Shown: positions 39,120 to 53,780 of the stretch, one piece after another
How the letters are laid out: every line of letters starts with the position of its first letter
Numbering within the stretch: position 1 is the first letter of the stretch
NCBI GenBank assembly: GCA_951406725.2
Contig: OX597839.1
Coordinates: forward strand, 17,484,001 to 17,548,000
Length of the DNA stretch: 64,000 nucleotides
Source: Octopus vulgaris
Lineage: Eukaryota
Direction of reading: 5' to 3'
Notes under the pieces: model-generated
The model's input: the letters and a program-made list of their open reading frames with translations, nothing else
What the model was told of the DNA's origin: nothing
Databases searched by the model: none
Program-made: the position numbers and the translations under genes

Positions 39120-39609
39120 ATATAAAGAAAAAGACAATAAATGATAGTGAAATCATTAATTTTGGGGTGAAATGAAATAAAAATACAAAACATTATTTTT
39201 ATGTAATATATATTTCATTTATTATCCATAATATTGTTTTATTTAATAGTTATATATAATAGTTATATAGTGTTTCATATGCTGATATTTATATAAATAC
39301 ACACACAAACACACACACACATACACCATGAAGAACAAAAAAAAAATGACTTCATTTCAAAATTATATTATAAACATTAGTTGGTTAGTTTGTCTTCTAA
39401 AAATATGATGAGTAACACATGTAAAAAGAGATGCGAATAATCTTACAAATCAACAGAACAATTTTGAAATAATTAAGTTCATTTACAGAAAACCAGTGTG
39501 AATTTGGAAACCTTTAAAAGACAATTAATTTTTCTCTCAAAAATGAATATCAGAAAACTTGTAAATACATTTATAACCATTTGCAGTTTCAATTGGTGAT
39601 TGTTGAATA

Positions 39610-39682
<73 letters not shown>

Positions 39683-41127
39683 TGATGATATGATAATAAT
39701 AATGAAATAATAATAATAATAATAATGATAATAATAATATATTTTATATTAAGTTAAATGTTTATTTTGTCACGTTTTATTTTTCCAGATTGTTTTCTTT
39801 TCAAATTAGTTATTTTACTAATATATTGAAGCAATCATTAATTATTTGAGTTATTTAATAAAGTAGCAAATATTTAGTGTTTGCGTCTGAAGAAGATGGA
39901 AGCTGGTTGATTATGTATCTGATTACACATCAGGCATTTTAGTTGTGAAGTTGTGCAGATTAATATTCATTTCTGTCTTAAGGAAAAATCTCTTTCTTTG
40001 TTGTTTATGCTATCATCATCGTTACCATTGTCAACATCACCATCATCATCATTTTAATGACAACTCTTTCATTCAAGCATGGGTTGAACAAAGTTTCTTG
40101 AGGCAGATTTTTTTTCCTGTGGCCAAATGCCCTTCTTCATCTTGTTTCCAAGCAAGGTAATATATCACCCATAGCTAGACATGTTTATTTTTTTCTTTTA
40201 TTCTTTTACTTGTTTCATTCATTAGACTGTGGCCATGCTATGGCATAGCCTTGAAGAATTTTAGTCAAGCAAATCAACTGCAGTACTCATTTTTAAACCT
40301 GGTACTTATTCTATCAGTCTCTTTTTGCCAGACAGCTAAGTTATGGGAACATAAACACAGCAACACTGGTTGTCAAGTGGTGATGAGACACACACACACA
40401 CGGCAGGCTTATTTCAGTTTTGTCTATTAAATCCATTCTCAAAGCTTTGGCTGACCCAAGGTGCTCTGCAGTGGGACTGAACCTGAAACCATGTGGTTGG
40501 GAAGCAAACTTCTTACCACACAGCCATGCCTGTGCAGACAATTGTTTACAACAATCACACTATGTCAAGACAAGGAGACAAAAACATGCATACACTTACA
40601 CATATGATCTCTGGTACAACTTGAAATGAAGTGTCTTGCTCAAGAAAACATCACACTGCCCAGCCCAGGAATTTAAAATGATCTTAATATCATGAGTGCA
40701 ACATCCTAACTATTAGGTCATATGCCTTCACTGTGTGATTTAGAATGAAAAAAGAAAGTAAACTATATTACCCCAAACTAAAATATTTTATAATATTTAA
40801 TATTTGTCCATTTAAAGGGGATAAACTGGCATAATTTTTTAGCATACTGGGCTAAATACTTAGCTGTATTTCATCCATCTTTATGTTCTGAGTTCAAATC
40901 TGACTAACTGGTACTCTATCAGTTACATTGAAGAGAGTTCCAGTTGATCCAATCAGCAGAAAGCTTGCTCATGGAATTAACGTGCAAGTTGATGAGGATT
41001 CCACAAACATGTATACCCTTAACATAGTTCTCAGGGAGACTCAGCATGACACAGAATGTGACAAGGCTGGCCATTCAAAATACCAGAACAACTCATTTTT
41101 ATCAGTTGAGTGGACTGGAGCAATGTA

Positions 41128-42406
41128 CAAGGGACGTTCAATAAGTAATGCCCCTGACCCACTTGCTGTTGTTTGATCTAGCTGAAATTTTGTATGTGCA
41201 ATTATGTATATCTCTATAGATTAAGTGGCGAATTACAGCTCTGAACTAACTGTGGTTTCAGATTTACAGGTGTTTGAACTGAGTCAAGTGTTAAATGGAG
41301 CCTGTTGAGAGTCGAGCAGTGATCCGGGTTTTGTATTTGAAAGGACGCACACCACGGGAGACTTTTGATGAAATGAAAGTAACTTATGGTGATGATGCCT
41401 CATCATATGACCTTGTAAAACGCTGGCATTGTGAATTCAAACATGGTCGGAACTCTGTGGAAACAGCTCCCAGATCTGGTTGCCCCACTTCTGCCATTGG
41501 TGAGGCATCTGTCCGTCAAGTTGAGGCTGCCATTTTGGAAGATCAACGCATAACTATTCGCCAAATAGCCCATGAGGTCAAGATTAGTACCGGGTCTGTG
41601 GAAACTATCATTCATGACCATTTGCATATGCAAAAGGTGTTTACCAGATGGATTCCCAGGTTGCTCACACCTTTCCAGAAGCAAGAATTCGTCGAGTGCT
41701 CGAGGATGAATTTGGAGATGTGCCTAGAAGATGAGTCAAAATTTTTCAGAAGACTGATTACACAGGAGGAAACCTGGGTCCATCACGATGATCCAGAGAC
41801 CAAAGCCCAGTCAATGCAGTGGAAGCACCGTGACTCACCCCTCCAAAGAAGGCAAGGGTGCAGCCCTCCGCTGGCAAGGTCATGCTCACAGTCTTCTGGG
41901 ACCAGGACGGAGTAGTGATGAGAGATTTCCTGGCAAAGGATACCACAATTACAGGAGCCTATTATGCTTCACTTTTGAGGAAATTAAGAGAAGCTATCAA
42001 AATCAAGAGGCGGGGCAAGATCAGCAAAGGCATCCTCCTCCTGCAGGACAACGCTCCGGTCCACAACTCGCGTGTCGCCAGATCAGAAGCTCAGGTGTGC
42101 AGCTATGAACTCCTCCCCCATCAGACCTTGCACACTCTTATTTTCACCTCTTCCCAGCCATGAAGTTGTTTTTGGAAGGAAAGCGTTTCCCAGATGATGC
42201 AGCCTTGATTTCTGAAGTCACATCGTGGTTGGAGGACCAAGCTGGGGTCTTCTACAAAAACGGTCTCCAGAGCTGCATCAAACGATGGGAGAAATGTGTA
42301 ACTCTGGGTGGTTTCTATGTAGAAAAAGACTAATAACTGTGCGAAGTTTCGTTGCTCTACTGCTATGGGAAGTGGGTCAGGGGCATTACTTATTGAACGC
42401 CCCTCG
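41128..42406 (+). mobile_element. Full-length mariner transposon (1279 bp), inactive
   Basis: TIRs caagggacgttcaataagtaatgcccctgacccactt / aagtgggtcaggggcattacttattgaacgcccctcg; TA TSD at 41126-41127 and 42407-42408; interrupts a minus-strand SINE (~40915-42510). Confidence 0.95.
41295..42333 (+). pseudogene. mariner (DD34D) transposase pseudogene
   Basis: HTH N-terminus, WIPRLL, TQEETWVHH, (frameshift) SAGKVMLTVFWD, LLQDNAPVH, (deletion of PPYSP) DLAHSYFHLF...RWEKCVTLGGFYVEKD*; first and third catalytic Asp are substituted. Confidence 0.92.
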
Positions 42407-43197
42407 TAAAATAAAGTGTCTTGATCAATGACACAATGCACCGCCGTGAATCAAACTCACAGCCTTATGAGTGTGAGCCAAATACCATAACCACTAAGCC
42501 AAGCACCTTTAACAGATCTGATGCCTTAATAACAGTTAATTCACTGTCTGTGACCAGCCCTTTATATTTTACATATTACATTATCTAGTCTTTTATTATC
42601 CTTTTTCAAGACAGTATAATGCAGTGAGTTGGCACAATTATTAGCACTTGGATATTTAGTAGCATTTCTTCTGGTTCCTTACATTCTGGGTTCAAATACT
42701 ACCAAGGTTAACTATACCTTTCATCATTTTGGGGTCACTAAAAAGAAGCATCAGTTGAGCACCTTCCCCTAAATTGTCCAGGCTTGTGCCAAAATTTGAA
42801 GCAGTTATTTTTAAAACCATTAAAGTGTGATCTGAGAAGATTTTACTGCTGTTTCTAGCATTCTGATTGACTACATAGATACTCCTTTGTTGTCTCATAT
42901 TTCAATTTATTCAACCACCAGGTCAATATTACCAAACAGTTTTTTCTGTGTTTTTCTTTATATAACATGTCCAAGTTTTTATTAGTGATTGCCAAGTTTC
43001 AAATAGTGATGGGTAGATTTTGTGACTGTATTCATTAATATATTGTCAATTTTCTCTGTTGGTAATTCTAAATTTCTTTTTCTATTATATTTGTTAAACA
43101 AGAAAATTTTAATGGGACATGAATGTTTCTTCGTAATTTAGTCATGAAAATTTTGTACAGATATCTATCTGTCTGTCTATCTATATGCATGTATTTA

Positions 43198-43252
<55 letters not shown>

Positions 43253-43503
43253 ATATTTATATATAGATTATATGTGTATTTATACATCTGTACATATATA
43301 TGTATTATATTTTTTATACATATGTATGTGTATTTCTATATATCTATACATATATGTATATATATACACACACACACACACACATATATATATATGTATG
43401 TATATATAGTATCATATTTTTTCATACATGTATATGTATTTATATTTGTGTATTTATATGTATAAGTATATATATACACACACATGTATATATAATGTAC
43501 ATA

Positions 43504-43537
<34 letters not shown>

Positions 43538-44636
43538 AAATATGATATAATAATATGCAAGAGTTGGCTTCATTAAATCTGCTCAGTATACATTCTGTCT
43601 CTTTCTGTTTGTATATATTAGTCAAACACAATTCATTTAGACATGTCTTTGTTTTGTGTCAGAAATATATAAATCAATGCATTACTTTATGCTAATTTTG
43701 CTTTCAGCTACTTGAAAATATTTTCACTCACTTCAAGAGATCTTGAATTAAATGAAATGACAGCCATAACACATTAATTTCTTGTCCCCTCTTTCAAAAA
43801 CTGACTCTATATTTATTAGTCAACCCTACTGTACTCATCCCATCAAAATTGGCAGTCATTTTAATCATATTCTGAAGATGACTTTTCCTTATATTTCTGA
43901 TTTTTTTCTTGCTTTCCTTTGAATTTGAAGATCAATCTCTGAGTATGGCAAAAAGTATCAAAGTTATAAGGAAAGGAATAAAGGAATTAAGCTCTTTTTT
44001 TTTGTCTATTTGGTTTGCATGATTCTTGATTTGAACTTGTATGTTGAATCATATTTTGTATCTTGGGTGCAGGGTGGTCATTATGTCAATAACTAACATA
44101 TGCACTGATTCTATTTCACTTCTTCATCATTTATTTGCCAGCTGGTTAATTATTTAACCAATTAACTTATTGATTGTTTGATTAATTATTCGGTCAATTA
44201 ATCAATCAGTTAGGCTTGTCAAAATCCATTTGTCACCATTTGTAACTTCATCAATGAAATCTCCTCTTTACTCCATGTCCACTTCAGGTCTGTCATAATT
44301 ATTTTCGTGATAATCCTTTTCAATGAAGATCACCATTGTTACAGAATTGTTGGTTACATAACAATATGTTCATTTAGCTTTTATTTGTTCTCTTTGTTTC
44401 TTTATTTGACACCTACTCACACAACAATTAATTCAGCTTGGAAGAATTGTTAAAACAGCAGAAGAAAAATCCTTACATTAATTAATTAAATCTTTACATA
44501 TTCTCATATTAAATCACATGGATTTCAATTTTGCATCTCATCCTTCTAGAAGTTGATAAAAATATGACACCAGTCATGTATTGGGTTTCACTTATATTCC
44601 TATAAGATATCTTAGGTGTGAATGGAATTATAACAG

Positions 44637-45060
44637 GTGCACGCATGACTGTGTGATAAGACATTTGCTTCCCAACAACATGATTTCAGGTTCAGTCCCA
44701 TTGCATAGCACCTTGGGCAAGTCACTTCCACTGTACTCTTTGATCAACCAAAACCTTGTGAGTAGATTGGCAGATAGAAACTGACGAAAGCTTATTGTGT
44801 ATGTATACACGCACACACACACACATCCACACATATATATGTGCATGTATTTGTGCCTGTCCTCCATTGCTTGACAACCAATGTTGGCTTGTTTACATCT
44901 CTGTAACTAAGCAGTTCAGCAAAAGAGGGTGGTAGATTAAGTAACACACTTTTAAAAAAGTAAGTACTGGAGGCAGTTTGTTCAACTAAAACCCTTGAAG
45001 ACTGTGCTTCAGCATGGCTGCAGTCCAGTGCCTGAGTGAAATAAATTGCAAAATATAAAG
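44637..45060 (+). mobile_element. Older, diverged SINE family A copy
   Basis: Head, body and tail are recognisable with many substitutions. Confidence 0.7.
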
Positions 45061-46210
45061 GTAACAGAAGATAGACTAAGGCTTAAGATTGATGCCTAAT
45101 ACTTCAGATTAGTCATCACTGATAACTTATTTAATTGTAGACTGTATAATCACAGATTTCATCAAGAAACGTAATGGCATGGTCAGTCTGAAGAATAATG
45201 TTTAATTTGCCAAGAAAGTTTATGGTTTTATATTAAATAAAAGCAAGTTGTAAAAATTACGTAATTCATTATGTTAATTTGATTTCAGCTATTTTTGAAA
45301 TAATTACATTTATTTATTAGACAATTTATAAGCACCAATTTGAGTGAGAAAAGAGAAACAGATGTAATACAAGCTACACATATTTAACACTTGTCAAGTG
45401 GTGGCAGCTTTACTAATTACACTAGAAAATAGCTGACAATTTAAGTATTTAACCATCTGAGACTACCCCTAGTTTTGTAATATAAACTACCTGTTTTAAA
45501 ATGATCTGAGAAACCTCCCATCATAATTTATTATTAATTTGTGTTCCAAACACCAGTTTAATAATTCTTTGTGCTATAAGCACAAAGCCTGAAATGTTGG
45601 GAGAGGAAGTAGATTGATTACATCAACCCCAGTACGTCACTGATACTTATTTTATCAACCCTAAAAGGATGAAAAGCGAAGTCAACCTTGGCAGAATTTG
45701 ATCTCAGAATGTGAAGACAGACAGAATGCCACCAAACATTTTGACTGGTGTCCTAACAGTTTTGCCAGCTCACTGCTGAGTAGAACTTCTTTTCTTTCAT
45801 CTCTTTTTTACTTGTTTCGGTCTGTGGACTGCAGCCGTGCTGAGGCACTGCCTTGAAAGGTTTCCATCAAACAAATCTATCCCAGTACTTATTTTTCGTT
45901 TTCAGGTCTGGTACTTATTCTATTGATCTCTTTTGCCAATCTGCTAAGTTACAGGGACAGAAACAAACCAACATTGGTTGTCAAGGGTGTGAGCTAACAC
46001 AGATACAAAGACACAGACATATACATGTGTGTGTGTAATATATATATATGGCATGAGGAAGAGCCTGGTGTTAGGAAGAGCATCAAGCCATAGAAATCAA
46101 GCCTAAACATATGACTGTAGCTTGGTGAAACTCTCTGGCTTACCTGCACAGGTAAAACCATCAAACCTATGCCAGCATGGAAAACAGATGTTAAATGATA
46201 TATATACATG

Positions 46211-46524
46211 TTTGTTTTTTGTTTGTTCCTTCTCGAGCCATGCCTGGCTCATAAGGGCTGGTTTCCCAGTTTCCTTGGCATATAGGTTCCCCACCTGGAC
46301 GGGACGCCAGTCTGTCACAGGTGAGCTGCATGATGCAGGAGGAAAGAGTGAGAGAAAGTTGTGGCAAAAGAGTCAGCAGAAGTTTGCTATTACCTTCTAC
46401 CAGAGCTGCGTGGAGCTTAGGTGTTTCACTCATAAACAAACACATCGCCCTGTCTGAGATTCGAACCCGCGATTCCTCGACTGCGAGTCCGCTGCTTTAA
46501 CCACTAGGCCATGTGCCTCCACAC
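46211..46524 (-). mobile_element. tRNA-derived SINE of a further family, full-length with TSD
   Basis: Minus strand ggaggcacatggcctagtggttaaagcagcggac...gcgggttcgaatctc (A and B boxes), (AAAC)-type tail; 14-bp TSD gatatatatacatg at 46197-46210 and 46525-46538. Confidence 0.85.
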
Positions 46525-47671
46525 GATATATATACATGACAGGCTTTCACACCGTTTTTTTTCCCCCTACTAAACCCATTCGCAAGATGTTGGTCATCCT
46601 AGGACTATAGTAGAAGACATCTAGCCTTGGTGCCATGTGGTGGGACTGAAACCAAAATAACTATCAGCAATTATAAAGTCTAAAAGTCTGTTATGTGATT
46701 CTAATTATTTGTGTAAAAATATATTCCTCAATTACTTTTTCCTTCCTTTTCTGTCTGAAGGATCAAGCTTTAATTAAAAAAACAATCCAATTAAAAATAT
46801 TTCCTATCATTTTAATTTTGGAAAAAAAAAATTATGAAGAGAATTTATAGATTTTCAGCTTTGAAAAGATTAAAAGACATCATTTGTTGAACTTGTTTAT
46901 TCCACAATTTACAACTACAAACAATTAAAGACAAATTATTGCTACAAACTTTTAATGTGACTTTTTCAAGTTTAATTTTGGTAATATAATTTAAGAACAG
47001 TAGGAATGCTCATTCTATGGTGTTCCAACATTTCTTGATTTTAGTGTATTTCTACTGTTTTCTCAATCCCCTACATCTGTTGTTAGAATGAAAAAATCTA
47101 TACAGCGGTTTATCTTGCTGTAATAATCAATTATGCTAGAGGGAAAATCATGATGGAAAATACATTATCAGATTGGAGTCTGTGATGAATTTATCAAGTG
47201 AGAATCAAACTTTTATAGAAAGGCAATAAAAAAAAAATCTCTCTTCTAAGAAAACAAATCTTCCAAATATATTGAAACTTCATTTTCTTTTTCTTTTGTT
47301 AGTTTACCGTTTCTTTAGTTCTGTTTCACCTTTAAGTTTTCACAAGGATTTCAGCTTCTGATTAGAAATTTAAGGGTTGAGAGTCAATGATTGGTTTTTA
47401 CAATTTTTTAAAAAACTTTTTATTTCCATTTTTTTTTTTTTTTAAATTTTGATTTCTTTTTCTGCTTTTACCAATAAACATGTGAATGAAAAGCTAATGT
47501 AAATTACAATAAATTTGTAGTTAGCAAATCAGACGCAATACTCACTAAAAATACACAGACCACACACATTGTATATCATAAGAGCCACATGATCTCTGCT
47601 TACAGAATGGATGAATATATGATCATTTTATTACTCTTTTAAGTCCCTTTTGTTTTTGATATTTCATTTTT

Positions 47672-48055
47672 TGAGCCAACTATGGAGTTCTGACATAAGC
47701 CAACAAGGGAGTCTCAAAATGAGTCATTGAAGGTGCCTTGATATGAATCAGTGAAGAGACTTAAAATGAATCAATGGGAAGACTCAGTCTGAGTTAACAA
47801 GGGACCCTCAGCATAAGCCAATGAAGGAGGCTCAAAATGATCCAATGAAGGAGAATTAACATGAGCCAACTCAACATGAGCAACTGAAGGAAACTCAACA
47901 AAAGCTAACATGAGTCAGTGAGGGAGCCTCAACCTGAATTAGTGTGGGAGCATCAATATGAGTCAATGGGGGAACTCAGTTTGATTCAGCAAGGGATCCT
48001 CAATATGAGTCAATGAGGGAGCCTCAACATGAGCAACAAAGGAGACTCTATGTGA
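47672..48055. repeat. Degenerate 23-24-bp minisatellite (~15 units)
   Basis: Consensus close to ctcaatatgagtcaatgagggagc. Confidence 0.85.
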
Positions 48056-50119
48056 TTAATTGATTACTTAACCTAGAAATAGCAAACAGATCTCTTTCAA
48101 ATCCCACCCTTCTATCTTTAAGAAAGGACCACCTTAGCTAGTGTAGATTTTTGGGTATAGAAACAGACAACTGGAATGCATTTAATGATAGGTCTGCTTG
48201 AGCAGGACTAACCTGGGGTTAAACAACTACTTTATACAAAGAACATAATTTCCTGAATATGTTACTTTAATATTTTTATATACAAATTTCATATATTTTC
48301 CAAAGTAACATTGACGATGAAAACAGTTATAGAATGTTGTTCATTATTAATTGCAAAGTGACACAACAGATATTTATTAAAGGAACATAATTACCATTGT
48401 ATGTCTACATGAAAATATCTAATGGAAACAAGCTAATATGAAGGAGTCTATGTTGATGCTTGAAGTGCTAGAAATAGTAGCCAAATATTCTTCAAATTAC
48501 ATTCTACTGTCTTTAAAAAAGTGAAAGTCATTATCATCATCATCATTATCAATTGAACATTTTATGTCCTTAGATTTTCCTGCTCATTTAGGAGATAAGC
48601 TTTTCTGAATTTGCTTTCTATTACCACCTGTCTTTCTATCTATCCCTCTTTTCATTTCTTTCTTTCTTTCCTTCCACATTCTTTTTGTTCTTTTCTCTCT
48701 TTCTCTCCTATCTTTCTTTCTTTCCCTGTCTTGCATTCGCTCTCTCTTTCTCCTTATTTCTGACTCCCTCTCTCCTCCTCTCTGTCTGTCTGTCTCCAAC
48801 CAGAAAAGGTTACTTTATTATTTTGGGAACTTGAACCCAGAATGCACATAGCAAGAATAGACATCAACACTCAACAAATCCCTGCAGACCATTGGTCTGG
48901 ATTGATCCTTTATTCATAGACCTTAAAAAGATTAAAATAAAGCTGATCTTGGCAGTGTTTCAAATAAGAATGCAGAAAAGCCATAACACTCACAAAGTAT
49001 TATATTTGCTAGCATATAAGATGAACTTTTTATTTCAAAATATATCTAAAAATTACCTGGCATTTTATGTGATTGTATTACAAATAGGAAACTAAGTGCC
49101 ATAGACTAAGGGGTCTGATGGACATAAATCTGCTAGGTATAATAATTGTTATTAATGATAAGTAATAATAATTAGTAATAAGTTCACTCTATAAAGTGGT
49201 TGGCATTAGGAAGGGCATCCAGGTGTAAAAGTTATACCAAAGCCAACAGTGGAGCTTAGTACAGTCTTCTGACTTGTCAGCTCCTGTCAAACTGTCCAGC
49301 TCATGCCAGCATGGAAGACGGACATTAAATGATGATGATGAATAAAATATTGAAAACAGGTCAAATTACCACAGGTTGTTAGCATAAATTAATGGCAAAT
49401 TGCTTACAGTATGTTTGTAGTTTTGCTGGAAGATCACATCATCTCATTATACCTCTGTCCTTAGCATACATAACCAGATTTGATGTGTGTGTGTGTGTGT
49501 GTGTGTGTTACATTTAATGATTCTGTTATTTTTAAGAAACATTTTAAAATTTTCTAATTGAAAAATTCCGCTAAAATGATGGAAACCATAGCAGTGGTTT
49601 CACCATCCTAGTGGCCAATCATAGTTATCCAAAACAATGGATTTGGTAGACAGGTACTATATGGAAACCTATTACATATGAGTGTGTGTGTGTGTTTGTT
49701 TGTGCTCGCGTTTGTCCCACCACCATCACCACCACCACTTAACAACTAGTGCTGGTTTGTTTACGTCCCCCTATAACTCAGCAGTTCAGCAAATCAGGGT
49801 GCTAAAATAAGTACCAGGCTTTAAAATAATGTAGGGGTTGTTTTGTCCATCTAAACCCTTCAAGACGGTGCCCCAGCATGGCTGCAATCCAATGACTGAA
49901 AGAAGTAAAAGGTAAAAAGATATATGGATTATGATTTTAGCTTGTTTTGTTTTTTAATAAATTACTAAAATTTACCATGTTTTCCTTAAAGTGAAATCAG
50001 TGTCAGTATTTCAAAATCAACAGTCATACTTTTATAATTTCTGGCATAAAGTGGAATTTTGTCGACAAAGCTACCATAATATGGACGATGTCTCAGAGTG
50101 TGTGTGTGTGTGTGTGTGT

Positions 50120-50161
<42 letters not shown>

Positions 50162-50397
50162 TGTTGTGAGTGTGACTTTAAATTGCATCTGGTTGTGGGG
50201 CTCTGGTTCAGGAGTTTCAGGTCATCCTTACAAGTCATCAGTTATCTGTAAGGATGACTAGATGTTCCTTGTTGCTCCAATGATGCACATGATTGGTGTT
50301 AGTGAGTATATAAGTATATACACACTGAGGCATTGTAGGTGAAATTTGTAAGAAATTTGTGTAATTTATTCCTTCCATTTAAGGAATTTGAATTTAA

Positions 50398-50618
50398 CCC
50401 TTTAGTGTTCACATTATTCTGCCAAAACTAATGCTTTTTTATCCACATTGTTTTGAACTAATCATGCATTATCTTGTAGCTATGAGATTTTGATGAGGTA
50501 GCTGTTAATTTTTCAGATGATATTGTAGGGTTGTTGTGAGAGGCCAGATATGGCCAGTTTGAACATAAAACAAGCAGAATACTTTTGGCTGGATATGGCC
50601 GGTTTAAATGCTAAAGGG
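50398..50618. mobile_element. piggyBac-like MITE
   Basis: TTAA-ccctttag...ctaaaggg-TTAA; related copies at ~7480-8045, 7589-7793 and ~57800-58461. Confidence 0.85.
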
Positions 50619-52079
50619 TTAAATTTGTTTAATGTGACCCAGTTTAGTACTATCACCTGGCCTTTGAGTGCTCTTAGTTGGTCCTACTTTGTTGCAAGAA
50701 TTTGAGCCAGACATCTTGTCTTAGGATTACATCATCTCTTCCTGTAGATCCAGGCAAGGTGCCTCCCACTACACTACATTTGTTTCTCTTCAGAATAAGG
50801 CATCAACAAAACAAAGACATAGGGAAATCAAACTGAGTTCAAAGCATCCAATGACCGTATGGATCATGGCGATAAACAGGGTGGTAAAAAGGAAATGAAA
50901 TAGGCCTACTAACCAAAAGAGAAGGCATAACAGTTGCTATAGGCACCTACTGTTTCTCTTGATAATTATAACAGTTTCTGAACTAAGCACAAGGTCATAA
51001 ATCTTGGGGTTATATTGATCCTGCCAGTACTTAACTAGATTTTAGAAGAATGGTAAGCTGAAGTTGATCTTGATGGGGGTTTGAACACTGGAAGTTAAAA
51101 GCAGGAACAAATACCAATAGGCTTGTTGTCTGACATTTTTGAAAATCCTGTCAAAACTCTACATTGAGAGTGATGATGACGATGATGATGATCATCAGTT
51201 CTTTTATCATAATAATGATATCCTTTCATAATGACGATGATGATGATGGGGTGGTGATAATGATGATAAGTTGCAAAGTGATACACATAATAATTTCGGT
51301 AATTTACTTCTGTCTTCACTAATTCACATACCAAAATGATAGTTTCTGAATTCTGTTTTTGTTTTTTTGTTCTTATTTTTTTCTTGATAATGTCACTGAA
51401 GTTTTAGACGAATTTGTCTAAAAGTACATATTTAATATGAATAATACAAATCATGTATCAATCAATATATTTGAAAGTTTTAAATTATAAATGAGGTAAA
51501 AAGACAAAATTCTAAATTAACAAAACAAATTACTCATTATTCAATACAGTATAATAGGAATGGAAATGTTTGGAAGAAGAAAGACTGTTTTATTGAAAGT
51601 TTACCATATATTGTAACAAAAGTTTCAATCCTACAACTATTGTTTTCTGTGGAATTTCTAAGTAAATGTAAAATTACATTGAAATTACAAACATTTAAGA
51701 GCAGTTACTTATAGAGACTGCGAGTATGCATACATAATCGTGGTTTACAATTAGACAGTAATGTGGTGAAGAGATAACGCTCGTAAACTATTGATATGTT
51801 TAGATTTTATGTTCAATTTTTGTTCATGTAGGCTTACATTTCTTTTTAATTAGAAATTAAAAAGATTCCAATTTAATCAATTATTTTTCAATGAATATAA
51901 AATAAGAATAATAAATGATTCTTATTCCTACTAACTATTTTGACAGGAGGCAGTGAGAGTGTTCCTCTGTAGTAAATCTAATGCTTTGTTCCTCTGGCAC
52001 ATTTTAGAGTAAATAATATATTGGCACACTTGGTGTATAAATTATATATACATACACATACACTCACACATTTATGTGG

Positions 52080-52080
52080 G

Positions 52081-52113
<33 letters not shown>

Positions 52114-52239
52114 CTGTGTGTATGTGCATATGTATATGTATGGGTATATATACATGTCTGTATATGTGCATGTGCATATGTATGAATGTATGTATATATG
52201 TATATATATATGTGTGTATGTGTATATATATATGCATGT

Positions 52240-52279
<40 letters not shown>

Positions 52280-52404
52280 ATATGTATGTATATATATTTT
52301 TATATGTATATATATGTATATATGTATATATATGTATATGTATATATACACATATATATATGTATATATGTATATATGTATATATGTATATATACATATA
52401 TATA

Positions 52405-52450
<46 letters not shown>

Positions 52451-52672
52451 TATATATGTATATATATATATACATACATATATATGTATATATATATATA
52501 CACGCATATATATATATATATGCATGTGTGTGTGTGTGTATATATACATATATACATACATATATATATAAATATATATATATACACATACATACATATA
52601 TATATAAATATATATATATGTATGTATGTGTATATATATATATTGTATGTATATGTGTTTATGTATGTGTAT
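52080..52672. repeat. Compound (TA)/(TG)/(TATG) microsatellite field
   Basis: Direct reading; source of the many YI/CV pseudo-ORFs. Similar fields at ~10760-11250, 11730-12130, 16970-17260, 17910-18410, 23520-23860, 28850-29070 and 43185-43535. Confidence 0.95.
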
Positions 52673-53382
52673 CTCTCTTGAAAAATGATCTTTACATATC
52701 AGTTTATAAATATATATAATTAACTAATTAATTCTTTATTCAATATGAAACAGAGTTATCAAGACTTTATATTTTACTATTACTATCTGTATTTTCACTT
52801 TAAAAAAAAAAATATATATATATATATATTTTTATCACAATATGTCTACAAAAAAGAACTTTTCCTTGATGAAGACCCTAGCTTCTGACTCTTCAGCTAT
52901 ACACTTACATTGTTATATTGATAAAGTGTTTGCTATGGAGCTGCTTCTGTTACATAATTTAGATAATTTTCATAATTTTTGTTGAGCACCTTGCTACATG
53001 TTGCAACATACATGTGAGCCTTGACACACCAGTTCTACGTATTGTTTAACTGCCAAGAAACAACATGAGCTTGAGAGTTCATTCTTATAGTAACTGTTAA
53101 GTTCTCCCTTTTTGAGTGGTAAGCCTTAACACACCACTCAGTTTAACATAACTTACCTGATATTTTGATGCCTTTAGTGGTGTTCACTTTGTTGAAAGCA
53201 CTTCTGACCAGTTTTCTTAATATATAGTCACACTTGCACTGCTTTTTGAACAATGACAATTTGGCACAGCTGAATATATACAGTCAGCCTGTGGAGGCAA
53301 GCACACACACATACACACACACACACATATTTCATGCAGAAATATACACATACAGTCAGAGAGAGATAGAGAAATATTACAA

Positions 53383-53780
53383 TACTCTTTTACTTGTTTC
53401 AGTCATGTGACTGTGGCCATGCTGGAGCACCACATTTAGTCGAGCAAATCGCCCCCAGGACTCATTCTTTGTAAGCCTAGTACTTATTCTATCGGTCTCT
53501 TTTGCCGAACCGCTAAGTGACGGGGACATAAACACACCAGCATCGGTTGTCAAACGATATTGGGGGGAGGGGGGGACAAGCACAACACACAAACATACAC
53601 ATATATATACATATATACGACGGGTTTCTTTCAGTTTCCATCTACCAAATCCACTTACAAGGCTTTGGTCGGCCCGAGGCTATAGTAGAAGACACTTGCC
53701 CAAGGTGCTACACAGTGGGACTGAACCCGGAACCATGTGGTTCGTAAGCAAGCTACTTACCACACAGCCACTCCTACGCC
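53383..53780 (-). mobile_element. SINE family A, full-length
   Basis: Reverse complement of the 8511-8880 consensus. Confidence 0.85.

Noticed and set aside
46440-46520. tRNA gene-like A and B boxes (also in SINE A and B heads)
   Set aside because: They run into SINE bodies with tails and TSDs; no complete cloverleaf or oligo-T terminator.
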